From NCBI GenBank assembly GCA_963764175.1, contig CAVXRE010000014.1, positions 56,833 through 120,832 of the forward strand: a DNA stretch of 64,000 nt. The letters run 5' to 3'. The notes beneath the pieces are model-generated. The model saw only the letters and a program-made list of their open reading frames with translations. It was not told the DNA's origin and ran no database searches. Shown here piece by piece: positions 9,969 to 20,199 of this stretch; positions within the stretch are counted from its first letter, which is position 1, and each line of letters opens with the position of its first letter. A program made the position numbers and the translations under genes. The DNA comes from an uncultured Verrucomicrobiae bacterium (GTDB lineage Bacteria > Verrucomicrobiota > Verrucomicrobiia > Limisphaerales > UBA11358).

Positions 9969-10985
9969 TTAACGTTTCTCAAAACTTTCCAGCAATTCCT
10001 CAGGCGTGGTCGTGGCGGTGCCGATTTTGCCCACGACGATGCCCGCCGCGTGATTCGAAAGAATTGCGGCTTCGAGCGGCGACGCCCCTGCCGCTATCGC
10101 CAGCGTGAACGTCGCGATGACCGTGTCGCCCGCGCCGGAAACGTCGAATACTTCCTGGGCGACGGTTGGAATGTGAAACGGCTTCTGCCCGCGCTGGCAA
10201 AGCAACATGCCTTGTTCGCCGAGCGTGACCAAAAGCACGGCCGGACGCAGTTCATTGAGCAATCGTTCCGCAACCAGCATGAGATTTTTGTCCGCAAGCG
10301 GATTCGGATTGCGCGTTTCATCCGGCAGATTTGCCAGCTCGAATGCCTCCTTGCGATTGGGGGTGACGAGCGAGAGGCTTGACAGATTCAGGCGATGGAC
10401 CGGCTTGGGATCGAAACTGAGCCAGATGCCACGCGCGCGGCAGAGCGTTTTGATTTCATTGAGCAACGACTGGGTCACAACGCCTTTGCCGTAATCGCCG
10501 ACGATGACGGCGGCGGCGCGCGAAAGTTTCGCCTTCAGTCCGGCGATCAGGCGTCCGGTCAGTTTCGCGTCCAGGCCATCGCGCGTTTCGCGGTCAATGC
10601 GCACGACCTGCTGCTTGTGTGCCACGATCCGGGTTTTGACGCTCGTGTGCCGCGCGGAATTCGCAACCAATCCGGAGCAGCCGATTTTATGTCCAACCAG
10701 AAGCTTTTCCAGCCGGCGGGCGGCATCATCGTGGCCGATTGCGCCAAAAATTTCCGTCGGCACGTTCAACGTGGTCAGATTGCGCGCGACGTTGGCGGCG
10801 CCGCCCGGCATGAAGCTTTCGCGCTCGAAATCCACGACCGGCACCGGCGCTTCCGGCGAAATGCGCGCGACGCTGCCCCAGATGAACTGGTCAAGCATCA
10901 CGTCGCCGACGACGAGTACGCGGGTTTTTGTCGCGGCATTCAGGATTTGCCGCGCACGCGAAACGGATAAAAGTTTTGAACTCAT
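9969..10985 (-). CDS. hldE: D-glycero-beta-D-manno-heptose 7-phosphate kinase (RfaE domain I / HldE kinase domain only), PfkB family
   Basis: VLVVGDVMLDQFIWG and PEAPVPVV motifs match RfaE domain I. A C-terminal GAGD ribokinase-family motif is present, and there is no adenylyltransferase domain. Confidence 0.75.
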   Translation of the reverse strand: MSSKLLSVSRARQILNAATKTRVLVVGDVMLDQFIWGSVARISPEAPVPVVDFERESFMPGGAANVARNLTTLNVPTEIFGAIGHDDAARRLEKLLVGHKIGCSGLVANSARHTSVKTRIVAHKQQVVRIDRETRDGLDAKLTGRLIAGLKAKLSRAAAVIVGDYGKGVVTQSLLNEIKTLCRARGIWLSFDPKPVHRLNLSSLSLVTPNRKEAFELANLPDETRNPNPLADKNLMLVAERLLNELRPAVLLVTLGEQGMLLCQRGQKPFHIPTVAQEVFDVSGAGDTVIATFTLAIAAGASPLEAAILSNHAAGIVVGKIGTATTTPEELLESFEKR

Positions 10986-11147
10986 TCTATTTAGCCACAG
11001 ATGAAACACAGATTAAACACGGATGAAAACACATTTTTATCCTCCGATTGCGCAGATTTTCGCCGAACAAAATCCCACCTGCTGAATCTGCGCGTCCAGG
11101 GACGTTTTATCTGTGTTTCATTTGTGAAAATCTGCGGCACAAAAAGT

Positions 11148-11936
11148 CTAACCCAAAAATGCCGTCAACGGACTGGTGGCGCTGGCGGTTTCCAGCGTCG
11201 CGGCAAGTCCGGTTTCATAAGCGGCGCGTCCGGCTTCGACCGCCATTTTAAACGCGATGGCCATCCGGTTTGGGTCGCTCGAAACGGCGACAGCGGTGTT
11301 GACGAGCACGGCATCGGCGCCCATTTCCATCGCCTCCGCCGCATGGCTCGGCGCGCCGAGGCCGGCGTCCACCACCACGGGCACGGTGGCCTGTTCGATG
11401 ATGATGCGGATTTGGTCGCGTGTTTGCACGCCGCGATTCGACCCGATTGGCGAGCCGAGCGGCATCACGGTCGCAACGCCGATGTCCTGCAAACGCTTCG
11501 CCAAAACCGGGTCGGCGTTGATGTAAGGCAAAACGGTGAAACCCTCCTTGACCAGAATTTCGGCGGCCTTGAACGTCTCAATCGGGTCTGGCAGCAAAAA
11601 ACGCGGGTCGGGGTGGATTTCGAGCTTCACCCATTTTGGCAGACCGGCGGCGACGGCGAGGCGGGCGAGCCGCACGGCCTCCTCGGCATTCATCGCACCA
11701 CTGGTGTTGGGCAGGAGCAGGTATTTTTGGGGGTCAATGAACTCAAGAATATTCGCGAACGGATCGCGCTGGCCGCTCAAATCAGCGCGGCGCAGGGCGA
11801 CGGTGACCATTTGCGCACCGCTGGCGGCAAGGGCATCACGCATCGCTTCCGGCGAGGAAAATTTTCCAGTGCCCATGATGAGCCGGGAACTAAATTCGCG
11901 TTTGGCGATGACCAGCGGTTGAGACGGCAAAGACAT
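11148..11936 (-). CDS. thiG: thiazole synthase
   Basis: LIMGTGKF and [10 protein letters not shown] motifs. The start is placed at the internal Met (MSLPSQ) rather than the long upstream extension. Confidence 0.85.
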   Translation of the reverse strand: MSLPSQPLVIAKREFSSRLIMGTGKFSSPEAMRDALAASGAQMVTVALRRADLSGQRDPFANILEFIDPQKYLLLPNTSGAMNAEEAVRLARLAVAAGLPKWVKLEIHPDPRFLLPDPIETFKAAEILVKEGFTVLPYINADPVLAKRLQDIGVATVMPLGSPIGSNRGVQTRDQIRIIIEQATVPVVVDAGLGAPSHAAEAMEMGADAVLVNTAVAVSSDPNRMAIAFKMAVEAGRAAYETGLAATLETASATSPLTAFLG

Positions 11937-12033
11937 TGCAGACAATTTAGGAAAAAACAGGCGATTGTCGAGGCGGGATGCGGGAGGGGATTGGACTATT
12001 TTTGTCGAATGACCGACGCGCGAATGAATCGGA

Positions 12034-12666
12034 TCATTTGAAGGTGAGGGTGCTAATTGAATCTTCGAATTCCTTGAGTTCTTTATCGTCTGAACTGCCA
12101 GTTTCATTCATTTCGCTAAAGGCTACGTTTATTCGCCAATCGGGGCGCGTTGGGTGAATGAAATCATAACCATGCGAAATAAAGATGTAATCACCTTCTT
12201 TACCAGCCAAAACGAGATGCACTTTTGCCTTCCATTCGTATTTAATACAGAACTTTCCGAATTGCTCGCAAGGAACAAAAGTGCTTTCTAATAATTCCTC
12301 GCCCGGCTTGAATTGTAATCTGTGAGGTTTGATAAAAGCCAAAAAGTCATCATGCGATTTGAATGTCGAGTCTGTTGGGAAAGCCAATGCATCCATTTCC
12401 CACCTTGGTATTGAAACGCTGGTTTGTAACATCACATTCGTTCCGTCTTTTTCATAAATGACCCAATCTCTTCCCTTCGGTGGCATAAATGAAAAAAGGG
12501 CCGTCTGCTGAAGCTGGTGCGCTTCGGTGTGCGCCATGTGCTCATCAATTTTTCGAGCGATGTAGAACCGTGGGTCGTATTGCGTTTCACAGCCGACAAG
12601 AAGCGCCAACAAAAATACAAGTGCCCAAATTCCAAGTTGCTGCTTGTTGGCCGGCTTCCAGTGCAT
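12034..12666 (-). CDS. hypothetical lipoprotein in AT-richer islet
   Basis: Signal peptide with lipobox (LLVGC) after the internal Met. No recognisable domain. Local GC is clearly below that of the flanks. Confidence 0.4.
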   Translation of the reverse strand: MHWKPANKQQLGIWALVFLLALLVGCETQYDPRFYIARKIDEHMAHTEAHQLQQTALFSFMPPKGRDWVIYEKDGTNVMLQTSVSIPRWEMDALAFPTDSTFKSHDDFLAFIKPHRLQFKPGEELLESTFVPCEQFGKFCIKYEWKAKVHLVLAGKEGDYIFISHGYDFIHPTRPDWRINVAFSEMNETGSSDDKELKEFEDSISTLTFK

Positions 12667-12774
12667 GGACGGGAATAGCCCGTTTGCGGGAAATTGGCAA
12701 GCGTGGTTTGGGCATAGATAAAACAAAGGATTGTTTGATTGCCGGATAATTGGATTGTTGGTGGACGCGGAATC

Positions 12775-12855
12775 ATCCATTTATCCATTTATCCAGCCAT
12801 CCAATTATCCAGTTCGGATTTTATCCGCGCCCATCCGCGTCATCCGCGGTCAAAA
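12775..12855. repeat. short intergenic direct repeats: TTATCCA x4 then ATCCGCG x3
   Basis: Read directly: catccatttatccatttatccagccatccaattatccag ... ttatccgcgcccatccgcgtcatccgcgg. Confidence 0.6.
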
Positions 12856-12859
12856 CAAT

Positions 12860-15748
12860 TCACGGTGTGACAGTGACATTGTCGAAGAGCGCTGAATTCA
12901 ACGCCGAGTTATTGTGCGCCGACAAGGCAAGCCCGACGTAAATTGTTTTTTTCATCGGGAGCGTCACGCCGTCCACGCGCTGCCAGTTGACGCCGTCAGG
13001 CGAGACGTAGCCGGTAAAGCTGTCGCCCGCGCGGGTCAGTTTCACCCAAAACGGAACATTGTTTGCCGGACCGTCGGTGTTGCGGCTGATGTTGTCCGCG
13101 GTTGGGCGCCATTGAAAAGCCGAGCCGCCGCCGGCCGTGATGGTCATGAGCGCGTGCCTGGAGCCGGGCGCGAGGGATTCACGGAACATCACGGCGGCCT
13201 TGGCCCACGGATCGGTGAACTGGATTGAGACAACGCGTGCGATGATTTGCCCGTCGCCGGTCAGCGGCAGATAAGTGTAATGAAACGCGTCGGCGCTTTC
13301 CCAGATGTCGATGCCGGACGCGGTCATGTTGAACTGGCCGTTCAAGTAACTCGCGTCGCCCGCCTGCCCGACGCTGCCGATGTCCCTGTGCTCCCAGTCC
13401 GGCGGAAGCGAGGGCAGCACCAGCGGCAGCGAATCAATCCATCTGGCGATGACGGCGACCGCGTTGCGATCAACGACATTCTTGGCCAGCGGCGGCATTT
13501 GCAAATTGCCGGCAAGGTTGACACGGTGCAACAGGATGGATTTGCCGGCATCGCCGGGAGCGATGATTTTTGCGCCGGTGATGCCGAGCGGATTTTCCAC
13601 CGGCCCGTTGACAATATTTTGTTTTGCCAGCGGCGTATCAACGCGCGCGTCGAAAAATGCCTCAGCACCGCCGGGCCGATGACATTGCGAGCAATTGGCG
13701 TCGAGATAGGAACGCACCCTCCATTGCAGCGAGGCCTTTGTGTCGGTGACAGCGACGAGCCGCGCGAAGTGCGGGATTTCACGTTCATCGAGCTTCGCGT
13801 CAAAAAGGCCGATGTGGTTCCAGGCGCGAAGCTGGTTGTCGGTGACGTGGTTTGGATATGTGAAATCGCCATCGAGCTGGCGCGTTTTGACGCCGAGCAC
13901 ACCGCCCGACGCAGGCGTGTGACAGGTCAGACAATCCTGGCGCCCGGGATAAAACCACCGCTGAATCCGCGTGCCGCCCGCGGTCTTGATGACAATGTCC
14001 TCGTTTGTTCCGGCCGTCACCAAATCGGCGTCGCTGTGGTCGGGACGCCATTTGTAGCTCGCGCCATAAACCGCGCCGCTCGTGTCACGGACGAGCAGGC
14101 GCGTTTCGAGCCGGCGGAGAATTTTCGGATTGGTGTCGTCCACGGGCAGTTCAAAATTTTTCACGAACACCGTGCCGGCTGGAAAGGTCCATTCGCCGTT
14201 CGGCGCAAAGCCGATGACGGCGTTCGTCGGCAGCGCCATCCAGCGCAGTTTGACCGCGCCGTCCGACCACAATGGCGAATTGACGTTGTAAGGAATCAAG
14301 CCGGTCGCGGGTTCGAGTTTTTCGAGGTCGGCGAACACGCCGGTTTGCGACAGCAATTTCGGGAATGCTCTGGCCGGTGGTGGCGGGCCGCCGCGCGCCA
14401 GTGTGTAGATGCGCCCGCCTACGCTGCTCATCTGGCACAGGTAAATCTCGCCGGCGGCGTCCACGCCGAAGGATGAAAGTCCGGTATAATCGGCGCCGGA
14501 ATTCGGGCCGTTGCCTTTTGGCATGACGCAAAGAACATCCTTTCCGACCGGCGTGGTTGTCTCGTCCAGCGCCCAGATGATGTGATAAACATTGTCGCCG
14601 AAGATGTATTTGCCGCCGAGGTCGGTCGCAAATTCCCTGCCGCGATAAACGTAACCGCCGATGATTGCGCGCCCGTCGCTGTGCGGATAATCCAGAACCG
14701 GCCCGCGGCTGATGCCGATGTAGGGCGGTTTCATTTCACCAAGCGTTCCCTCGCAGCGGTCCCATTGAAAATTCAGGCCGGACTCGCCCGGCTCGATCAC
14801 GTCAATTTCCTCGCGCGCGCTTTCGCCCACGTCGCCGATGAAAATTCTCCCCGTCGGCGGGTCATAAGTCATGCGGTGAGGGCTGCGCAGGCCGAGGCAG
14901 AAAAATTCCTCCAGCGCGTTGGTCTGGCCGACGAACGGATTGTTGTTCGGGATGAAATAATTCGCCGTGAAGCCGTTGGCCGGCTGGCGCGGAACCGGAT
15001 GGCTCACGTTTCCACCGCGGCAATCCACGTCAATGCGAAAGACGCCGGAGTACAGGTTGCGATTGATGATTTGCGTGTTGTCGCCGTTGGCGTTGTCGCC
15101 GTCCGTCCAGTAAAGAAATCCGTTTTTTGGATGGAAAAACATCCCGCCGCCATGATGCCAGATGGTCTGGTCGGTCAGGTCAACGAACACCATTTCGGAA
15201 CCGGGAATCGCCACGCCGTTCGTGTCGAGCGTGAAGCGCGAAAGCCGGTCGTGGTAGGTGTCGGGCAGAATCGGGTCCGGACGCGTGTAGGCATCGCCGG
15301 CGACCGTGCCGGGCTTGACCCAGGTGTAATAGACGAAAACGAAATGGTTCGTCGCAAAGCCCGGATGAAACGCCAGGCCGAGCAATCCCGAATCATCCCA
15401 GCCCTGGCATTGGTTGCTGATGTTAAGGATGAGTTTTTTTTGCGTCGCACCGGGAGAATTCTGAAACGTCCAAACGCGGCCTTCGCGTTCCCAGACGCAC
15501 AATTCGTCCGTGCCCGGCACCGGCGCCAGGCCGACGGCATTGGTGAAGATCAGGTTTGTGAACGCGACCACCGCCGACCAGTTGCCCGAAATGCCCGGGG
15601 CCGTTTCGGGCATCGTGCCGTTCAGGAAGGCGCCGACCGATGGACGCGCGTCCAGCCCGTGGGGTTTGGCGCCGGCGGAAAAAACGAGACAACCTGAAAA
15701 CGCGAAGGCAAAAAGCATTTTGCCACTCGCGCGAAGCTTGAGAAACAT
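12860..15748 (-). CDS. PQQ-dependent sugar dehydrogenase (SGDH-like beta-propeller) fused to cytochrome c domains and a C-terminal concanavalin-like beta-sandwich domain; secreted
   Basis: Signal peptide. HHGGG and other SGDH-type propeller motifs are present. There are two CxxCH heme motifs (CLTCH, CSQCH). The C-terminal ~150 aa has a lectin/glucanase-like composition. Confidence 0.55.
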   Translation of the reverse strand: MFLKLRASGKMLFAFAFSGCLVFSAGAKPHGLDARPSVGAFLNGTMPETAPGISGNWSAVVAFTNLIFTNAVGLAPVPGTDELCVWEREGRVWTFQNSPGATQKKLILNISNQCQGWDDSGLLGLAFHPGFATNHFVFVYYTWVKPGTVAGDAYTRPDPILPDTYHDRLSRFTLDTNGVAIPGSEMVFVDLTDQTIWHHGGGMFFHPKNGFLYWTDGDNANGDNTQIINRNLYSGVFRIDVDCRGGNVSHPVPRQPANGFTANYFIPNNNPFVGQTNALEEFFCLGLRSPHRMTYDPPTGRIFIGDVGESAREEIDVIEPGESGLNFQWDRCEGTLGEMKPPYIGISRGPVLDYPHSDGRAIIGGYVYRGREFATDLGGKYIFGDNVYHIIWALDETTTPVGKDVLCVMPKGNGPNSGADYTGLSSFGVDAAGEIYLCQMSSVGGRIYTLARGGPPPPARAFPKLLSQTGVFADLEKLEPATGLIPYNVNSPLWSDGAVKLRWMALPTNAVIGFAPNGEWTFPAGTVFVKNFELPVDDTNPKILRRLETRLLVRDTSGAVYGASYKWRPDHSDADLVTAGTNEDIVIKTAGGTRIQRWFYPGRQDCLTCHTPASGGVLGVKTRQLDGDFTYPNHVTDNQLRAWNHIGLFDAKLDEREIPHFARLVAVTDTKASLQWRVRSYLDANCSQCHRPGGAEAFFDARVDTPLAKQNIVNGPVENPLGITGAKIIAPGDAGKSILLHRVNLAGNLQMPPLAKNVVDRNAVAVIARWIDSLPLVLPSLPPDWEHRDIGSVGQAGDASYLNGQFNMTASGIDIWESADAFHYTYLPLTGDGQIIARVVSIQFTDPWAKAAVMFRESLAPGSRHALMTITAGGGSAFQWRPTADNISRNTDGPANNVPFWVKLTRAGDSFTGYVSPDGVNWQRVDGVTLPMKKTIYVGLALSAHNNSALNSALFDNVTVTP

Positions 15749-15947
15749 CCTCTTCACGAATTGAAACACGCACAAGATTCTCCGCTTCGCCCGCGCCGTC
15801 AATTTTTAAGTGTTAATTTGCGCCGGACGAATCGAACCTGGATGCACATTTCGTCCATGGATTGACCTGCGTGAGGGCCGGGTAACGCAAATCAATGGAT
15901 CAAACAGACGCCAACCATCCGCCGTTTTTGAACCGCACTGCCATCGG

Positions 15948-17978
15948 TCAATTTGACTTGATCTTGAAGAAAACGCTGTTCCCCGCATTGGTCGTGGTAA
16001 CGCGGAATTGAGAATTGGTGACGATGGCTTGGAAGGATGCCAGCATGTCTGTCGTCCACGTTGAGCCCAGGTTTGTCGCCGTCAGCAACTGAAACGGCGC
16101 GCCATGGTAATTGGCCACGTTGAAGTTGGCCTGAAACTGGGTCCCGGTTCGTGCTGCTTGACCCATAAATTGAACGGTCATTGGTGGCAGGTTCGTCGCG
16201 GTCACGCGTGTCGCCGATCCCCAGGGAAGCACCCGCCCCGGGAGTTGCGCGCAAACGCTCAATAGATAATCGCCCGAATTCGTCGGGTAGAGGACGAATG
16301 AGTTGCCGGTCGGAACATTGTTGGTGACGGGACTTTGCTCCTGGTCTGCGTTGGAAACCGCGATGTTGTCGAGGCAGAGCCCGACATAGGAATTCGTCTC
16401 ATTGAAGTAGCTTCCACCGCTGAAATCATAAACGAAACGGATTTGCGTTGGCATTCCGGCGCAAGCTCCGAGCGAGACGGCAACCTGGCTGTACGATGCA
16501 TCCCCGCTGCCACCGCTGCCAGCCTCGTTCCAGATGTCCTGCCACGCGGCGCCGCCGTTGGTGGAAAACTGGGCGTGAGCGACCTGGCTTGACGTGGCAT
16601 ACCCAAGCAGTTTGTAAAAGGTGAGCTGGCTGTTTGTGCGCGGGAGCAGGATCGGATTCAACGTTAGAAACTGGCTTCCGCCGTCCGGTTGACACAGGTG
16701 GAATGCGTGGCTTCCGGAATACACAAGGTCATTGATGATGACAGGATATCCCGGCGACTGGACGACGGTGACATTCGTCAAACCGTTTTCCGCGCCTTCA
16801 ATCGCGGTGTAGGGTGAAAGCCTGGTGACAAGATACTGGTAATTCGTGGCTGCTCCCACCGTCGTAAATGAATAGTAATTGTTGTTGGTCAAGGCGGCGA
16901 GATTCGGGCCTGAAATCGCGGGTGGCGAATACGCCGGGACATAATCCACCTTGACGTTGGACAGGTTGCTCACCGTCACCACGACTTGATTGGTCAGTCC
17001 GGAAGCGGAGAAAATCACCAGGTAATTGCCGTTCGTTGTTATCGGCACGGCGTAACCTCCTGAATTGGCCGTGACGGCGAAATAAGTTGAGCCGGGCACC
17101 TGCACCGTGACGCCGCCTATTCCCTCGCCCAAGTTGTAAAAGCCGCTTCCGCTAAGATCATAATAGACAACGCCGGTGATCAATGGTGTGGCTGACTGCT
17201 GGGTCGCGAAGTCCTGCGTCACCAATTGCGGCCCCACCGATCCATTGGTGCCGTCCACGACGCCTACCCCGATTTCGCGGAAGGCGCTGTCATGAATGTT
17301 GAGACGATGCCCCGGCGGGGTCTGCATTCCCCCGGTGCCCGGACCCCAATCCACTTCAAAAGCGGCGTGGCCGTAGAAAACATATTCGGAGTATGAATAA
17401 ACGTTTTCACCGTAAGTGTACCAGTTGTATCCCTGCGCCGTGATCCGGTCGCCGGGGCTTGAACCATCCGTTCCCGTGTGGCCTTGGTATTGGTTGGTGA
17501 ACATGTCTCCGCTATGCACTCGCGCGGCAGCCAGGAGTTCCGCGTTCATGGCGACTGGTGGTGAAGATGTTATCGTGTTGAACTGCGACTCCATCAGGTT
17601 CGTGTCCACGCCAAAATACGCATAGGCCGCCAACACATTTGGATCAGTCGTGGTTGCCAGAATCACGCCCTCGGCGGGCGGGTTGCCGCGGGCGCGATTG
17701 ACGTATTCGAGGTAAAGCTGTTCTTCATCCGTCGGGCTGCCGATTGAATAAGGCGTCATTCCCTCGGGTGCCGGCGACGGCTCAAAGGCGGGAGATGCGC
17801 CATGGTTTACCACCACGGGTGGCGCGGGGGGCGGCGCCTGCGGCTTCCGGCTGCCGGCAGTTGTCGGCACGGGTTGCCCTTGAGAACAAAGCGGTGTCAA
17901 AACCAGAAGGCAGGCCGCCCAGATGACGGATGCCGTCAGCAAGGAGGGCGCAGAAAAGGGGGCGCGGATGATTTTCAT
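15948..17978 (-). CDS. secreted CAP (SCP/PR-1-like) domain protein with Pro-rich linker and C-terminal beta-rich (Ig-like) repeats
   Basis: Signal peptide, then a PAPPPAPPVV linker. The CAP-domain signature (YLEYVNRARGNP...HTGTDGSSPGDRI...GENV) is present, and the remaining ~450 aa are Thr/Ser/Gly-rich beta repeats. Confidence 0.6.
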   Translation of the reverse strand: MKIIRAPFSAPSLLTASVIWAACLLVLTPLCSQGQPVPTTAGSRKPQAPPPAPPVVVNHGASPAFEPSPAPEGMTPYSIGSPTDEEQLYLEYVNRARGNPPAEGVILATTTDPNVLAAYAYFGVDTNLMESQFNTITSSPPVAMNAELLAAARVHSGDMFTNQYQGHTGTDGSSPGDRITAQGYNWYTYGENVYSYSEYVFYGHAAFEVDWGPGTGGMQTPPGHRLNIHDSAFREIGVGVVDGTNGSVGPQLVTQDFATQQSATPLITGVVYYDLSGSGFYNLGEGIGGVTVQVPGSTYFAVTANSGGYAVPITTNGNYLVIFSASGLTNQVVVTVSNLSNVKVDYVPAYSPPAISGPNLAALTNNNYYSFTTVGAATNYQYLVTRLSPYTAIEGAENGLTNVTVVQSPGYPVIINDLVYSGSHAFHLCQPDGGSQFLTLNPILLPRTNSQLTFYKLLGYATSSQVAHAQFSTNGGAAWQDIWNEAGSGGSGDASYSQVAVSLGACAGMPTQIRFVYDFSGGSYFNETNSYVGLCLDNIAVSNADQEQSPVTNNVPTGNSFVLYPTNSGDYLLSVCAQLPGRVLPWGSATRVTATNLPPMTVQFMGQAARTGTQFQANFNVANYHGAPFQLLTATNLGSTWTTDMLASFQAIVTNSQFRVTTTNAGNSVFFKIKSN

Positions 17979-18144
17979 TGTGTCATAGTTCGACTTAATT
18001 GCATTTGATGCAGGATAAACGGTGATTTAAAAGCATGATTTATACCAGCTCTGTCCGCATTTCACGTTGAAATTCCTCAAAAATGCCGTCCGCACATGGC
18101 TCATTTTTCTTTGAACTTCCGCAATGTGAATTTAGCTTGGGCGC

Positions 18145-18918
18145 ATGTTCCGTCCTTGCATTGACCTGCATGAAGGCAAAGTGAAGCAAATCGTCGGCGG
18201 CACGCTCGGCGAGGCCGGCCCGCGCACGAACTTTGTCTCCGACCGCCCCGCCGCGTGGTTTGCGGAACTTTACAAGCGCGACGGGCTTGCCGGCGGCCAC
18301 GTCATCATGCTGGGTCCCGGCAATGAAACGGAAGCGCTCGCGGCGCTCGCGGCATTTCCAGGCGGGCTGCAAATCGGCGGCGGAATCAATTCTGAAAATG
18401 CGCGCGGCTGGCTTGACGCCGGCGCGTCGCACATCATCGTCACGAGCTGGGTGTTTCGCGAAGGCCGCGTGGATTGGCAGCGGCTGGACGAACTGGTCAA
18501 GACCGCCGGCAGGAACCGGCTGGTGCTGGATCTGAGCTGCCGCAAGCGCGGAGAAAATTATTTTGTCGTGACCGACCGCTGGCAGAAATTCACGGAACTG
18601 GCCATTTCACGGAATGCCCTTCAAAAGCTTGCCAAGAGCTGCGCGGAATTTCTGGTCCATGCGGTGGATGTGGAAGGCCTGTGTCGCGGCATTGACCGTG
18701 AACTGGTCGAAAAACTCGGTGAATGGACGACTGTTCCGACGACTTACGCGGGTGGTGCAAATTCGCTGTCGGATTTGGAAGAAGTCGCGTGGCTGGGGCA
18801 AGGCAGGATTGACCTGACCATCGGCTCGGCGCTCGACATTTTCGGCGGCAACGGTGTTCGCTACGCCGATTTGCTAAAATTCAACCGCCGCCGGACGAAA
18901 AAATCCGGCGGCGGTTGA
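18145..18918 (+). CDS. hisA: ProFAR isomerase, eukaryote/His6-type HisA
   Basis: The N-terminus MFRPCIDLHEGKVKQIVGGTL is characteristic of the His6-type isomerase rather than the classical bacterial HisA. Confidence 0.8.
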   Translation: MFRPCIDLHEGKVKQIVGGTLGEAGPRTNFVSDRPAAWFAELYKRDGLAGGHVIMLGPGNETEALAALAAFPGGLQIGGGINSENARGWLDAGASHIIVTSWVFREGRVDWQRLDELVKTAGRNRLVLDLSCRKRGENYFVVTDRWQKFTELAISRNALQKLAKSCAEFLVHAVDVEGLCRGIDRELVEKLGEWTTVPTTYAGGANSLSDLEEVAWLGQGRIDLTIGSALDIFGGNGVRYADLLKFNRRRTKKSGGG

Positions 18919-18932
18919 TTGTCGGAAAATAA

Positions 18933-19268
18933 TCAGGATTTGATCACGTCAATCTTGCTTGGCGTCATCATTTCCTTGCCGTTCTTTTCCTTGACGGTGC
19001 CTGTGACCGTCACTTTTTCAGAACTGCCGCCGCAAATCGGATCGTGCGCGGCCTTGCTCACGTCATTTTGCTTCAGGTAGTAATTGACGGTCTTGCCGTC
19101 CTGCGAAACCTGGACGACATTTTGACACGATTTGGTCTCATGCAATGTGCATTTGCCGCAGACCATCGTGCCGGTAATCGTGACTTGATTTGTATCGGCG
19201 GCGAACGCACGCGTGGTTAGTCCCGCCAGCAAAACTCCGGCGGCCAGAACTGCGATGAATTTTTTCAT
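18933..19268 (-). CDS. small secreted Cys-pair protein, unknown function
   Basis: Signal peptide from the internal Met (MKKFIAVLAAGVLLAGL...AFA). There are CGKC and ICGG pairs. Confidence 0.4.
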   Translation of the reverse strand: MKKFIAVLAAGVLLAGLTTRAFAADTNQVTITGTMVCGKCTLHETKSCQNVVQVSQDGKTVNYYLKQNDVSKAAHDPICGGSSEKVTVTGTVKEKNGKEMMTPSKIDVIKS

Positions 19269-19330
19269 AGTTTTTCGATTCAGGTTTACAGGATGTAAGA
19301 CATCATAATGCATCATTTTGTTCAATCAAA

Positions 19331-19870
19331 TTAATTCTCTGCTTTTTGGGTGGCGAACAATTCAGCGATGACAATTTGAAATTCAGGTATCAATTTTTCC
19401 GTCAGCATCTCGCTGCCGGCCAGAATGCCCTTCAAGGCCAGCCCCCATTCCGTGCTGTGGTAAATTTCCACGTTGTCATAGCGCGGATCCACCATCCACA
19501 ACCGTGGAATGCGGATTTTTTCGTAGAGCTCCTTTTTGACGACCGTGTCGGTGCGGTGATCGTCGCGGCTGATGATTTCCACGGCGAGCCAGAGTTTGCC
19601 GGTGGCCATGGTCACAAGCGCGAGATCGGGACAAATCGCCGTCGAGCGGGAAACCTGGACTTTGGTGCGCGGCGCCAGCAGTTGGGTGCTGGGCAGGTTC
19701 GCCACGCTCGCCGTCATCAACGCGTGCAGACGGTCACAAATCGCTTCGTGGCGCTCGCCCGGCGCGGAACGCGGCAACGACGCCCCATCGAAAATTTCCT
19801 CATACGACCGGCTCACGTACATCAGCAAAGCAGCGATTTGCGCGAACGGCAAGCGCGAGTTTTTCATCAA
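19331..19870 (-). CDS. Uma2-family (DUF820) putative endonuclease
   Basis: Conserved LWMVDP...VEIY core typical of the Uma2 family. Confidence 0.55.
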   Translation of the reverse strand: MMKNSRLPFAQIAALLMYVSRSYEEIFDGASLPRSAPGERHEAICDRLHALMTASVANLPSTQLLAPRTKVQVSRSTAICPDLALVTMATGKLWLAVEIISRDDHRTDTVVKKELYEKIRIPRLWMVDPRYDNVEIYHSTEWGLALKGILAGSEMLTEKLIPEFQIVIAELFATQKAEN

Positions 19871-19878
19871 AACAAAGC

Positions 19879-19907
19879 TTGCAAATCGCCGGGAGCGTGA
19901 CTAGATT
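19879..19907 (+). promoter_or_regulatory. candidate sigma70-type promoter of the rpsP operon (TTGCAA -17 nt- TAGATT)
   Basis: The hexamers are read directly, with 17-nt spacing. The site is 22 bp upstream of the rpsP start. Confidence 0.35.
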
Positions 19908-19928
19908 TTCGGCTCTTTTGAAAAATTT

Positions 19929-20183
19929 ATGGCAGTAAAAATTCGCATGAAGCGCGTCGGGGCCAAGAACGCTCCGTTTTTCCGCATTGTAGTGGCCGAC
20001 AGCCGCAGCCCGCGCGATGGCAAGTTCATCGAGGAAATTGGCTCATATCGGCCGTTGAAAAAGGGCGACAATGTCACCCTTGATCTCGAACGCGCCAAAT
20101 ACTGGGTGAGCAAGGGCGCACAGCCAAGCGACACCGTCGCCAGCTTCATCAAAAAAGCCGGCAAGGCGGTCGCGGCGGCTTGA
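19929..20183 (+). CDS. rpsP: 30S ribosomal protein S16
   Basis: [26 protein letters not shown] is canonical S16. Confidence 0.95.
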   Translation: MAVKIRMKRVGAKNAPFFRIVVADSRSPRDGKFIEEIGSYRPLKKGDNVTLDLERAKYWVSKGAQPSDTVASFIKKAGKAVAAA

Positions 20184-20199
20184 AAATAATTTTGACGCG

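Noticed and set aside
8234-10108. Long 624-aa ORF on plus strand, plus similar long antisense ORFs (13247..14476, 14582..15697, 6293..7306, 31059..32069, 43218..44411, 44707..45765, 47984..49027, 51107..51997, 35743..36783)
   Set aside because: All lie antisense to well-supported conserved genes (pilT/panB, the PQQ dehydrogenase, aroE, flotillin, lpxC-fabZ, the GspE ATPase, hemA, glnII, the HK). Their translations are Arg/Ala/Gly-rich low-complexity sequences typical of high-GC antisense frames. None has recognisable motifs.
11937-12110. TPP riboswitch upstream of thiG
   Set aside because: A short stretch resembles the 3-prime half of the thi-box (ACCUUCAAAUGAUCCGAUUCAU), but the conserved CUGAGA / GGGG elements of the 5-prime half are absent. 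An Infernal search with RF00059 would be the decisive test.
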